Shown here piece by piece: positions 1-9,251 of a stretch of 32,000 bases of DNA. Position 1 is the stretch's first letter. Every line of letters starts with the position of its first letter. The stretch covers positions 108,526 to 140,525 of the forward strand of contig JBHLKY010000010.1 of the NCBI GenBank assembly GCA_048886185.1, written 5' to 3'. The DNA is from Candidatus Hermodarchaeota archaeon (GTDB lineage: Archaea; Asgardarchaeota; Heimdallarchaeia; Hodarchaeales; Hodarchaeaceae). Made by a program: the position numbers and the translations under genes. The notes beneath the pieces were generated by a model. That model had not been told where the DNA came from and did no database searches. It worked only from the letters and a program-made list of their open reading frames with translations.

Positions 1-1787
1 AATGTGTTAAGTGGTCTAATTTGGGCTTCATTTAGTATGAATCTTGGATTACCACGACTCAAATATGTATAAATAAAATAGGGGATATCTCTTTTTTCCG
101 TTTTATACCAATGTTTTCGAGTTTTAACTAAGTTCCCATTATGTACATTTTGACTTAATCCTAATTCAAGATAATCAGATAAGTTTTGATCATGAATGTC
201 ACTGATATCTTCCTGTATATTTAATAACCACATTTTTTTTTCTTGTTCTGATAAATTGTTAAAATCTTCTTTTGAGAAGCAATATTTTTGAACATATCGT
301 GTCCTAGTTAGGGTTGGAACCACAAATTCATCTTTAATTTTATAAGACGCTAATTCTTTTGTAGTAAATGTAAAAAAACTATTATTTCCAGTAGCAATAC
401 CTCTCATAACTTTGAAAAATTTTGATAATTCAACAAGTTTTTCATTGATTTCATAATTAGTGAAGGCATCTGGATTTGTCCAATTCCGTTCAGGATCTAT
501 ATCAATCTGTCTTTTACTATGGAGTTCACCATCTGACCACTTAAAAACCTCATTACTTTCAATTTTCAAGTAATTAAAGATTTTCTCCTTAGAAGTCCAC
601 TTTTTCACTACTAGTAGCTTTGTTATTTCATCTTCCCTTGGTTTTCGCCCCTCTATTACAAAAATACATGCAGCAGTATCCACTCCAGGAAATATATCTA
701 GTGAATGATGAAATACGATAATATAAGGAACTCTATATCTCTCCTTCAAGATCATCTTAAGATAATCGCTATTTCTTGATTCAAAAATTATTGTTGGAGT
801 TATAAAGACCATTCTACCGTCCTTAATTAGAAGTTTCAATGATTTAAGGATGAAGTACATGAATAGACTGGATATTCTATTGAATTTTCCTCCGAAATTT
901 TGCTCAATCTCATTTCCAATCCTATCTTTTATTCTTGATGAAAGCATATGATGTCGAGAATAAGGGGGATTGCAGATAATACAATCAAAACCATTTGATT
1001 TAGTTTTTAGAAATGAATCAAGGCCTTCTGCTGAAGATATGGCTAGTTCATCGTGAATACTATTCTCAAAGTTATTTTCAGCTGTTGTTAAGAAATCTCC
1101 TTGCTTCAGTTCCAGTTTAAACTGAGAATTGTACAGATTCACCTTACATATCTCATATAACAGGGGATGAAGTTCAATACCAGTTATTTTCCCTTGAAAG
1201 TCTTCCGAAATCGACTGGAGAGCTTGAATAAAGGTTCCTGGCCCAGTACATGGATCGAGGATATTCCTTGGGTTATTTTCTAGTGATAATGTAACCATGA
1301 ATTCTGCAATATGTTTAGGCGTCCAAAATTGGCCTAATTTTCGTCTGAACCGTTGATTTAATACTTTTAAAAATAATAACGATAAAATATCTGATGATTG
1401 ATTCAGTAATCGTTGATCAAATTGGAGTATTGTCTGTGAAATAACCAATGTGCTGGAATTGGCTATAGAATCAACTATAGAGGAGGTGAACATTTGAGGA
1501 TAAGTTTGCTTTAAAAGATCAGAAGTTGTTTGATATGTGGCATAGATTGTTTTACTGTCTAGTGGTCCTTTTCCATAGGAAACGATAAATCTAAGACGAT
1601 TAAGGATAAGTAGGGCGGCAAGTTGTCTATATGTATCGACAGATTTTAAAGGAATATCACACATCTTTGAGAAAGAAGATAACTCCTTTTGATCGTGAAT
1701 ACTAATCCTTTCATTAAAATTGAGTGGAATGGAGTTAATTATTGTTTGAAATGTTTTCCCTATCTCATTTGGTAATTCTTCGGTCAT
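1..1787 (-). CDS. N6-adenine DNA methyltransferase, gamma class (M.TaqI/Eco57I-like), 3'-truncated by the window edge
   Basis: Not in the ORF track because there is no stop inside the window. Hand translation from ATG 1787 (GGAG 4 nt upstream) gives RRKLGQFWTPKHIA (motif X), ILDPCTGPGTF (motif I), FDCIICNPPY (motif IV, ~960-990) and a TaqI-C-like tail (WYK...LFTYLSRGNPRFILNEA). All motifs checked are in the same frame. Confidence 0.9.
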   Translation of the reverse strand, partial: MTEELPNEIGKTFQTIINSIPLNFNERISIHDQKELSSFSKMCDIPLKSVDTYRQLAALLILNRLRFIVSYGKGPLDSKTIYATYQTTSDLLKQTYPQMFTSSIVDSIANSSTLVISQTILQFDQRLLNQSSDILSLLFLKVLNQRFRRKLGQFWTPKHIAEFMVTLSLENNPRNILDPCTGPGTFIQALQSISEDFQGKITGIELHPLLYEICKVNLYNSQFKLELKQGDFLTTAENNFENSIHDELAISSAEGLDSFLKTKSNGFDCIICNPPYSRHHMLSSRIKDRIGNEIEQNFGGKFNRISSLFMYFILKSLKLLIKDGRMVFITPTIIFESRNSDYLKMILKERYRVPYIIVFHHSLDIFPGVDTAACIFVIEGRKPREDEITKLLVVKKWTSKEKIFNYLKIESNEVFKWSDGELHSKRQIDIDPERNWTNPDAFTNYEINEKLVELSKFFKVMRGIATGNNSFFTFTTKELASYKIKDEFVVPTLTRTRYVQKYCFSKEDFNNLSEQEKKMWLLNIQEDISDIHDQNLSDYLELGLSQNVHNGNLVKTRKHWYKTEKRDIPYFIYTYLSRGNPRFILNEAQIRPLNT

Positions 1788-1829
1788 TTTCTCCGTATCC
1801 GCTGATATTGCCAAAACTCATTAAGGTAT

Positions 1830-2291
1830 TCACACAATGTATGGTAATTTTGCTGGGGTTACACCTAATAAGCGGTAATAAACAAGTATCTGGCCTCGAT
1901 GTTGAATGTTATGTTCTAACATCTCCAAGAGCATTTCCGCTTTAGTCGCAGGCCGATTAAAATCATTATACAGATCAAAGAGAGTAGTGGGAGGTAATTT
2001 TTCAAGATAATCCTTTGCTTTTTGGCTGACATCATCATATAAGTTTATGATATCTTCAACTGAATTATAGGTCTTTAAATTATAGGTTAATGGTTCCCAA
2101 TGATCATTAATTACCCCCTGAAGGTAGTATTCAATAGAACGGATCATGTGAAGAAATATTTCTCCTAAAGGGCGGCCAGATTGAACAGGCTCATCTAATA
2201 ATATCTGATTTGTAAGTTGATCAATGAGTAATTTTGTTTCCTCAATATATCGTTCAATTGCGGATTTTAATAGCTGATAAACATTATTCAT
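1830..2291 (-). CDS. DinB/YfiT-family protein
   Basis: 153 aa; N-terminal His (FLHMIRS) plus C-terminal EHNIQHRGQILVYYRLLG give the three-His metal site typical of DinB. Confidence 0.85.
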   Translation of the reverse strand: MNNVYQLLKSAIERYIEETKLLIDQLTNQILLDEPVQSGRPLGEIFLHMIRSIEYYLQGVINDHWEPLTYNLKTYNSVEDIINLYDDVSQKAKDYLEKLPPTTLFDLYNDFNRPATKAEMLLEMLEHNIQHRGQILVYYRLLGVTPAKLPYIV

Positions 2292-2325
2292 TCTTTTTTA
2301 TCTCACTAAGATAATTTTGATTTAT

Positions 2326-3099
2326 TTACTCTAAAAGTAATGATTTCGCTACATCTATCATTCTGGCGAATCTTGTGTTCTTGATCTTCATATAAGAGAT
2401 CAGTTGGTCTAAGACCTTAATTCGATATGCATGTCCAGTACAGGCTGGATGAAAGGTGTAATTTAATATTCGATGGTTGGGTTGTATGTCCTGTATTTCT
2501 AGCATAGCATCAAAATGGCCTTTCCAGATTTCCAACGCCACACTAGGCGAATGTTGGTGCTCTTCAAAAATAACCCAGTCATCTAAAAACCATTCGACAG
2601 GGAATTCGATCATCTTATTTTTGGATTCAGGAAAACCAAGAACATAAGGGTGATCATCGGCCATTAAACTGGAATCATAGATATATTCAGCCTCGGCAAG
2701 CAATTTCAAGGTATTTGATGAAAGTTTAAAGTAAGGCGCACGAAAACCACCTATCTTCTCAACAAACTTTGTTAAGATTCGTGTTGTATTATCGATAATG
2801 GTTTTCTCTTCATCGATTGAGAGTGTATCAAAATATTCATGGAGATATCCATGTGCAGCGATTTCATGTTTGTTTTCAACAATTCTTTTCGTCAGTTCAG
2901 GGTATTTTTCAGCTACCCACCCGCAGACAAAGAATGTAGCGTTTATTTTGTGTTTTTTGAGGAGCGATAGAATTCGTGGTAATCCCCTTCTAACAGCAAA
3001 AAGTCCCTTTGAAATCCTTCCAGGCTCTTCTAGCTGTCTAATTTGAGCACTATCGGCATCAAAATCGAAAGTTATACAAACTGTGATTTCATTACTCAT
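2326..3099 (-). CDS. Polysaccharide deacetylase (CE4) family, PuuE/HpPgdA-like amidohydrolase
   Basis: TFDFDAD, ATFFV, HGYLHE, GFRAP, YDSS, LDDW and TFHP motifs; GTG start. Confidence 0.85.
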   Translation of the reverse strand: MSNEITVCITFDFDADSAQIRQLEEPGRISKGLFAVRRGLPRILSLLKKHKINATFFVCGWVAEKYPELTKRIVENKHEIAAHGYLHEYFDTLSIDEEKTIIDNTTRILTKFVEKIGGFRAPYFKLSSNTLKLLAEAEYIYDSSLMADDHPYVLGFPESKNKMIEFPVEWFLDDWVIFEEHQHSPSVALEIWKGHFDAMLEIQDIQPNHRILNYTFHPACTGHAYRIKVLDQLISYMKIKNTRFARMIDVAKSLLLE

Positions 3100-3124
3100 T
3101 TTAAAGTCACCAATACTATAGACA

Positions 3125-4054
3125 TTATTTTTTACGTAAAATTGGTAGTGTCATGCAATGAGGCCCTCCACCACCACGAGAAAGCTCCCCTCCTTGAATG
3201 GGCAATACTTCTACACTTCGGTCGTTCAATTCTGCAATAACTCGTTCATTCCATTCATAAATTACGACTTTTTTCCTATCTAAACACACGACATTGGCAC
3301 CAAACAAATATAACTCATTATCAGAGATAGCAATTCCCTCTGCATCATAATATTCTCTTATAAAATCCATTAACCGTATAAATTCGATTGGTTCATCTTT
3401 TCGTACTATTCTTAATGGGAATGTCTCTACAGACGCAGGATGATATATAAAAAGATCCTTATCAATGAACATTAGCCCTCCATCAAGATGAACTCGCCAA
3501 GAGGGCAATGGAACATAAATTACCTTTCTTACAACATTTTTCTCTAGCAATGGCTTTATTACTTGAAAAACTCCTTCCTCATTAGTGCGAATTCCATTAG
3601 AACCAATCATTAAAGTATATTCATCAGGATAGACAAAATCTCCTCCCTCCAATAGACCAGGTGCTTCTATTGAAACCAGCTGGGGTATTCCTAGTTTCAT
3701 TAATGATCGTGCTATTAGAGTTGGCTCTGGTCTTCTGACTTGATGTGCCATCCGCATCTGAATATAACCTTTATTAGTGATTGCACCAGTGTCTCGGGTA
3801 TAAACCATGTTTGGATCGATAACTGCCGAATCTTGTTCTTCTAGGAGGTCGTTAAGTAAGAGTACGTCAATATTTTCTTTTCGTAGAAGCTCACAGAAAG
3901 CATCATGCTCTTGCTGGAATTTACGCCAATAGACTACATCACGAAACGTTAATTCTTGATAAGTATCTTTTGTAACTTGAGTTATTTCAACACCAGGGCG
4001 GTACATTAGTACCTTTCGTAATGGATAGTATTCACAAGTTGCACCGTATTCCAA
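3125..4054 (-). CDS. Arginine deiminase/amidinotransferase (pentein) family enzyme, short form
   Basis: PNMVYTRD, LEGGD, HLD and C-terminal GGGGPHCMT catalytic Cys motif; TTG start with GAGGTA SD at 4061-4066. Confidence 0.85.
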   Translation of the reverse strand: MEYGATCEYYPLRKVLMYRPGVEITQVTKDTYQELTFRDVVYWRKFQQEHDAFCELLRKENIDVLLLNDLLEEQDSAVIDPNMVYTRDTGAITNKGYIQMRMAHQVRRPEPTLIARSLMKLGIPQLVSIEAPGLLEGGDFVYPDEYTLMIGSNGIRTNEEGVFQVIKPLLEKNVVRKVIYVPLPSWRVHLDGGLMFIDKDLFIYHPASVETFPLRIVRKDEPIEFIRLMDFIREYYDAEGIAISDNELYLFGANVVCLDRKKVVIYEWNERVIAELNDRSVEVLPIQGGELSRGGGGPHCMTLPILRKK

Positions 4055-4102
4055 GACATCTACCTCATGAATTACGTTCTTAAATGGGGAGAATGATCTC
4101 GC

Positions 4103-4110
4103 TTTAAATA
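4103..4110 (-). promoter_or_regulatory. TATA-like box for the deiminase-PuuE-DinB unit
   Basis: TATTTAAA on the minus strand ~50 nt upstream of the 4054 start. Confidence 0.4.
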
Positions 4111-4127
4111 GTACTTCGAAAAAACTC

Positions 4128-4460
4128 TTAGGCTATTTTAAGTCCATTAGGTACTTTTCTATCTGGTTGAAGTAGAACAACTCCCCCGTTCTTTTTCACT
4201 ATGACTCCTAAGATCAGGACTTCAGACATGAAATTCGCAATTTGCTTTGGAGGGAAGTTTACAACAGCAATTACTTGTCTATTGATTAGTTCTTCTTTTT
4301 TGTATAAGGTTGTAATTTGAGCAGATGATTTTTTTATTCCTAGAGACCCAAAATCAACCTTTAATTTGTAAGATGGTTTTTTTGCGCCCACGAAGTCATC
4401 TACCTCAATGATTGTTCCAATACGCATGTCAACCTTTTCAAAATCATTCCAACTGATCAA
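4128..4460 (-). CDS. csaA: CsaA tRNA-binding/export chaperone (OB fold)
   Basis: WNDFEKVDMRIGTI, KPSYKLKVDFGSLG, SSAQIT, VVNFPPKQIANFMSEVLILG. Confidence 0.92.
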   Translation of the reverse strand: MISWNDFEKVDMRIGTIIEVDDFVGAKKPSYKLKVDFGSLGIKKSSAQITTLYKKEELINRQVIAVVNFPPKQIANFMSEVLILGVIVKKNGGVVLLQPDRKVPNGLKIA

Positions 4461-4554
4461 TACATTACCTACCTAGCTAAATCCTTCGTTAAAATATTCG
4501 TTGGTTTTGTGTTATCGTCAATTTCCCTATTTTACCATTGTTTTAACTCTGAGG

Positions 4555-5415
4555 TTAATGTGAAATTATTTTTAGAATTATATTTATCAATCTAAATCCG
4601 TTCATAAGTGTTTTATTATCCACATCGTTTTCTGGATTATAAGCAGTTAGCGCTGCAGCCTTGATCTGAAAATTTTCTTTGATAAGCTTGATAGCTTCTT
4701 CCATCTCGTCAAGAGAAAGGCCTTCTGGCGTGGGAAAGTCCACACCTGGAGCTTCTGAAGGATCAATCACATCAATATCGATGTGTAGATAAACTTCTTG
4801 AGTTTGTGAACTGAGCTGTGTAAGCCGATGTTGAAGGTTCTTCTGAATTCCAGTTTTTTTTAATGTGTCAGCATCAAGAACAAGAACTTCAGTACTTTCA
4901 AGAAGCTCACGTTCTTTGGGATCTAAGTCACGAACACCAATATGAAGAGTCTGAGATTCTTGAATCGGCCGCATATTTTCAATCATAGAAAATATATCTT
5001 GATAGCACTGACCCGTTGCAATTGCTAATCCCATACCATCAAAGAATCCACTAGGGGTTGTTTCAGGAGTATTAAAATCACCATGGGCATCAAACCATAT
5101 AATTCCAGGTTTTGGTTCATCAAATCCAGCAAGAGTACCAAGACATGTATTACAGTTTCCTCCCAGAATGAAAGGAAAAAAACCAGCATTTAATGCTTTT
5201 TTAACAACCTTTCCTAGAGAATTGCTTAAAACAGCAGTAGTTCTCACTACGTCTTTAAATTGTTCAAAAAGCTGGATGCATTCCACCATTACCTCATGAC
5301 CTTTATTTTTTAAATTCTGATCAATTCCTGCTTCTATAAAGCGGATTGGCCCCTTTCCCATGCCAAATTTCTCTTGACCTAAATGGAATGGAACTTGAAT
5401 GAGAGCGATCTTCAA
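4555..5415 (-). CDS. Arginase/ureohydrolase-superfamily protein with a non-canonical active site
   Basis: GGNCN (for GGDHS), WFDAHGDFNTPETTPSG, HIGVRDLD, HIDIDVIDP; TTG start with GGAGG upstream. Confidence 0.85.
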   Translation of the reverse strand: MKIALIQVPFHLGQEKFGMGKGPIRFIEAGIDQNLKNKGHEVMVECIQLFEQFKDVVRTTAVLSNSLGKVVKKALNAGFFPFILGGNCNTCLGTLAGFDEPKPGIIWFDAHGDFNTPETTPSGFFDGMGLAIATGQCYQDIFSMIENMRPIQESQTLHIGVRDLDPKERELLESTEVLVLDADTLKKTGIQKNLQHRLTQLSSQTQEVYLHIDIDVIDPSEAPGVDFPTPEGLSLDEMEEAIKLIKENFQIKAAALTAYNPENDVDNKTLMNGFRLINIILKIISH

Positions 5416-5457
5416 AACTCAGTGACCTCCTGTCAGTGTTCAATCATATTCTCTGAA

Positions 5458-6543
5458 TTATGGTTTTATAATGGCCTTCATAACTCTTAAATGCTCAACA
5501 TCGTCTAAAGCCTTTGCTGCTTCTTCTAATGAATACTCATGACTTATAATGGTTTTAAAAGGGTAGATAGTTGAATATCTTATGATTAAATTAACTGCCA
5601 AATAAAAGTGACTGAAATCACTGCCCCAAGATCCTTTTATTGTCAGATGTTTCTTATTTATGTCTAGATGTGGGTTTATTTGTACATCCCCAGCGTCAGT
5701 ATATTGGCCAACTATGGTGTATGTTCCTCCCTCCCTAGTCATTTCCAAACCTTCTTTAACTGCCGTTGGTACTCCTGTAGCTTCAATCGTTACATCAGTC
5801 CCGCGATTATGGGTGAGTTCTAATACCTTCTTAACTCTCTCATGAGGATCAGCATCCAATATGTTAATGGATGTGTCAATCCCAAAAGCAGCAGCAATCT
5901 TCAAACGGTGAGCAGGACCACCAAGCATGATAACATTAAAAGCTCCACTTAATTTTGCTAATAATGCTGCCATTAAACCAACAGGTCCTGAACCCTGTAT
6001 AGCAACTGAATCACCTAGTTTGATTTCAGAACGCTGAATTGCATGAATTGCAGTGGGTAACCCGCACCCTGCTGCCATAAATATTCTCATAAAAGCGTTA
6101 TATGGGAGCTTAATGATTTTAACGCCAGGTTTCAGATAAATATACTCAGACCACCCACCGAGAAGACCTTCTTTAGCTGAATACGTGATACCATATACCT
6201 TTCTATTAGGACACCGAGTACTAGTTTTTGCTACAAGACAATACCAGCAATTATTACAGGTTTCATGTACATCTAGAAATGTGATTGGATCCCCCTCTTG
6301 AAGTCGCACTCCGTCAATATCAACAACTTCACCATTTAACTTTTCAATAGTTCCAGTAGAAACATGCCCTGGGATAATTGGATAAGGTACCCCAGCTAAA
6401 CGACCTTTCTGAAGATGAACATCTGTTCCGCATACTTCTGAATAAGCTGTTTTTATTAATACAGCTCCTGGTTCCAAACTTGGGTAAGGTTGTTCCTGTA
6501 ATTTAATTGTACCGTCCTTTTTCATTATAATAGTTTTAACCAT
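5458..6543 (-). CDS. Zn-dependent medium-chain dehydrogenase (TM0436-like subgroup)
   Basis: CGTDVH, IPGHV, structural Zn CNNCWYC-x8-C, GCGLPT, Rossmann GSGPVG. Confidence 0.88.
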   Translation of the reverse strand: MVKTIIMKKDGTIKLQEQPYPSLEPGAVLIKTAYSEVCGTDVHLQKGRLAGVPYPIIPGHVSTGTIEKLNGEVVDIDGVRLQEGDPITFLDVHETCNNCWYCLVAKTSTRCPNRKVYGITYSAKEGLLGGWSEYIYLKPGVKIIKLPYNAFMRIFMAAGCGLPTAIHAIQRSEIKLGDSVAIQGSGPVGLMAALLAKLSGAFNVIMLGGPAHRLKIAAAFGIDTSINILDADPHERVKKVLELTHNRGTDVTIEATGVPTAVKEGLEMTREGGTYTIVGQYTDAGDVQINPHLDINKKHLTIKGSWGSDFSHFYLAVNLIIRYSTIYPFKTIISHEYSLEEAAKALDDVEHLRVMKAIIKP

Positions 6544-6570
6544 TGAACCAATTCCTGAAAATACTGTTCA

Positions 6571-6584
6571 TTATAAAGCTTTTT
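6571..6584 (-). promoter_or_regulatory. BRE/TATA-like promoter of the dehydrogenase-ureohydrolase unit
   Basis: AAAAAGCTTTATAA on the minus strand, ending 27 nt upstream of ATG 6543. Confidence 0.5.
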
Positions 6585-6600
6585 AAACATATTTTCGATT

Positions 6601-8094
6601 TTAGGAGTTACTTTTCTTTATCAAATAAATTGTGGATTTAGTTATTTCTAATTCTCTATCTGAACTTCTTAAATAAGAGATCACAGTACCTAATAATGCA
6701 AATAGGGAGAAAAGAAGAAACGTTTGTCCTAAACTTGTGTAATAACTTGAAATAAATACTGTTCCTGAAGTAATGTTATTTGGATTATTTATGAGGAAGA
6801 ATAAAGTAAATATCGATGAGCTAATAGTAGTACCTAAAGCAAATCCAATATTTCGCGAAAGACCTATTAGACCAGTAACCACACTCACATCTCCTTTTGG
6901 GGCTACATTCATCACAGAAGTACCATTTGACACGGTAAATGTAGTTAAAGATCCTGCTGAGAATGCAACTAGCGGTACAAGAATAAAAATAATTTCTTGC
7001 GAATTATTTGGGAATATATTAAACAAAACGGACAGAGACAAAACAGAAAAACCTAATATTACCGCACCAAATGAGGTCGATCGTTTTGCATCAATCTTTT
7101 CAGCGAAAAAACCTGCAAATGGTCCCATGACCGCCATTGCGAGAGGAGGGACGACCATTAAAATCCCTGTCTGATCTGGTGGGAATAATAGAACCTCCTG
7201 ATAATAGAATGGTAAAAGAAAAATAACACTATAATAAACCATATAACAAAGAAAAGAAGAGCTAATACCTGTTAAAATTGTTTTATCCCTCAGAATGTCC
7301 ACAGACACCATTGGTGTTGGATGATTACTTTCTATAAATAGGAAAATAATCCCAGATACTAAAGCGATTAAGATTAGAACTCCTCCGATGAGTTCTCCTT
7401 TAAATAAAGTCAAAATTCCTTGAACTAGAGAAAAAGCAGTGATGATAAAAACAAACATTCCCCCATAGTCAAGTTTATACCTTTTTTCGGGAGTTTCTGG
7501 AATGAATAGTTGAACCAGTAGAATTCCAAGTAATCCTATTGGTATATTTATCAGAAATATACTTGGCCACCCCACATATTTTGTTAAAAAGCCCCCAATA
7601 GCTGGTCCTGTAGAAAGTGCAGATGCAACTACTAGCGAATTAATACCGATAGCTCGACCCCTTATTGATGGTTCGACATATGTTATTACCAATGCCAAAC
7701 CATTGGCCATAAGACCAGCTGCACCAATTGCTTGAAGGGCTCGAGAGAGAACAAGAATCTCTAAAGAAGGAGAAAAAGCACAGAAGAGAGATCCCAATAT
7801 AAAAAATAACATTCCAAGTTGGAAGATTCTTTTTCTACCATAATTATCCCCTAAAGATCCACCAATTCCTATTAAGGATGATATTACAAGAAGATAGATA
7901 ATAGTCACCCATCTAACTCCTTCCATATCAGTTTTTAATGCCCTTGCTATTGTAAATAGAGAAATATTAACAATACTTCCATCAATGGCTGACATAAACG
8001 TTCCAATGGCAGTTATAGGGAGAATCATTCTTAATGGAATAAACATGGGGCTTGATGAAGGAGTATCAGAGGCTATATTGGTGATTTTTTCCAT
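6601..8094 (-). CDS. MFS transporter, DHA2 (14-TM, EmrB/QacA-like)
   Basis: IDGSIVNISL, motif A GSLGDNYGRKR, RALQAIGAA, GPAIGGFLT..GWPSIFLINIPIG. Confidence 0.9.
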   Translation of the reverse strand: MEKITNIASDTPSSSPMFIPLRMILPITAIGTFMSAIDGSIVNISLFTIARALKTDMEGVRWVTIIYLLVISSLIGIGGSLGDNYGRKRIFQLGMLFFILGSLFCAFSPSLEILVLSRALQAIGAAGLMANGLALVITYVEPSIRGRAIGINSLVVASALSTGPAIGGFLTKYVGWPSIFLINIPIGLLGILLVQLFIPETPEKRYKLDYGGMFVFIITAFSLVQGILTLFKGELIGGVLILIALVSGIIFLFIESNHPTPMVSVDILRDKTILTGISSSFLCYMVYYSVIFLLPFYYQEVLLFPPDQTGILMVVPPLAMAVMGPFAGFFAEKIDAKRSTSFGAVILGFSVLSLSVLFNIFPNNSQEIIFILVPLVAFSAGSLTTFTVSNGTSVMNVAPKGDVSVVTGLIGLSRNIGFALGTTISSSIFTLFFLINNPNNITSGTVFISSYYTSLGQTFLLFSLFALLGTVISYLRSSDRELEITKSTIYLIKKSNS

Positions 8095-8191
8095 CTTTCC
8101 AAAAATCTCCTTGCAAATGATGGTGAAATTGAATCAATACTTTGTATCAATTAAATACTTTGATGAAATTGAATCTGAACATTATGTCTTG

Positions 8192-9136
8192 TTATCCTCG
8201 GTTCACTAGAGTAATACCTATAATTATAAGTAAAATAGATGATATATGAATCACTGGGTCAAAAATTTCTCCTAAAAGAATAATAGAAAGACTAACACCA
8301 AAAATTGGCACTAAATTTTGAAAGATTGCTGCGCGACTTGCAGATAACCTTTTGACTCCTTCTAGATAAAACCAATATCCTAAAACTGTGGACATAAATG
8401 CAAGATATGCAATCCCTAGCCAGATTCCTTCGGGAACTTGAAAGTAAAGGAGAGGGTTAATATATTCTGGATTTAAAAGAAGGGCTACTGGGACAATAGT
8501 CAAGAATCCAAAAAAAGATACCCATGTAACGATGTACAAGGATGAAGGTTGATATGAGCTATTTTCACATTTATTCAAGAAATCTCTAGAGATTACAATA
8601 TATAATGCATAGAAAATAGCTGCAAGAAAAATCAAAATATCGCCAAGAATTCGATATTCAACCTCTGTGTTTGGAGAGAAAAGAAAAATCAGTATAACTC
8701 CCGTAAAGGACAATAAAGTTCCAATAATCCTCATTCGACTCAAATCTTCCATTTTTAAAAGTAGGTTGGCAAAGATTATTACTAGAGTCGGGTGACTACT
8801 TACAATGACAACTGCATCACTAGCAGAGGTGTAGTCTAGACCTATTAAATACCCTGCTTGGTAAATAGTAACAGATATTAGTCCCATAAAAGCGAGGATT
8901 TTCCAATGACTCTTCATAAAGCTAATATTTAGGCTTTTCTCCTTAATTCTGAGTATTAAAAAGAAACACGGAATCACAAGCAAATATCGCAGACTTGCTA
9001 TAATCATAGGGGCCCCACCAACTTCATCAGAAACCAGCCAACGTCCTAATGGCCATGTTCCGGCCCAGATGAGAGCAGTTGCCAGCAGTAGTATGTATGC
9101 TCCTATTTCATAGTTTCTTTCTATTGTTGGCTTCAT
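8192..9136 (-). CDS. DMT/EamA-family transporter
   Basis: Two EamA repeats (LIWAG, ASLRYLL, GLDYTSAS; GVKRLSASRAAIFQNLVPIFGV), about 10 TM. Confidence 0.9.
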   Translation of the reverse strand: MKPTIERNYEIGAYILLLATALIWAGTWPLGRWLVSDEVGGAPMIIASLRYLLVIPCFFLILRIKEKSLNISFMKSHWKILAFMGLISVTIYQAGYLIGLDYTSASDAVVIVSSHPTLVIIFANLLLKMEDLSRMRIIGTLLSFTGVILIFLFSPNTEVEYRILGDILIFLAAIFYALYIVISRDFLNKCENSSYQPSSLYIVTWVSFFGFLTIVPVALLLNPEYINPLLYFQVPEGIWLGIAYLAFMSTVLGYWFYLEGVKRLSASRAAIFQNLVPIFGVSLSIILLGEIFDPVIHISSILLIIIGITLVNRG

Positions 9137-9251
9137 AGATAATCCTCAGCGTTTTAAAAATGTCTGCTTAAGAGTTAAATATAGGTAAAAGAGAAGAAAT
9201 AAGGAACTCATAAGACAATCCAAGGGACAAATTATTTATTCTTATTTGTTT

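Noticed and set aside
4555-5415. Naming the gene arginase (rocF)
   Set aside because: Three key active-site residues are substituted.
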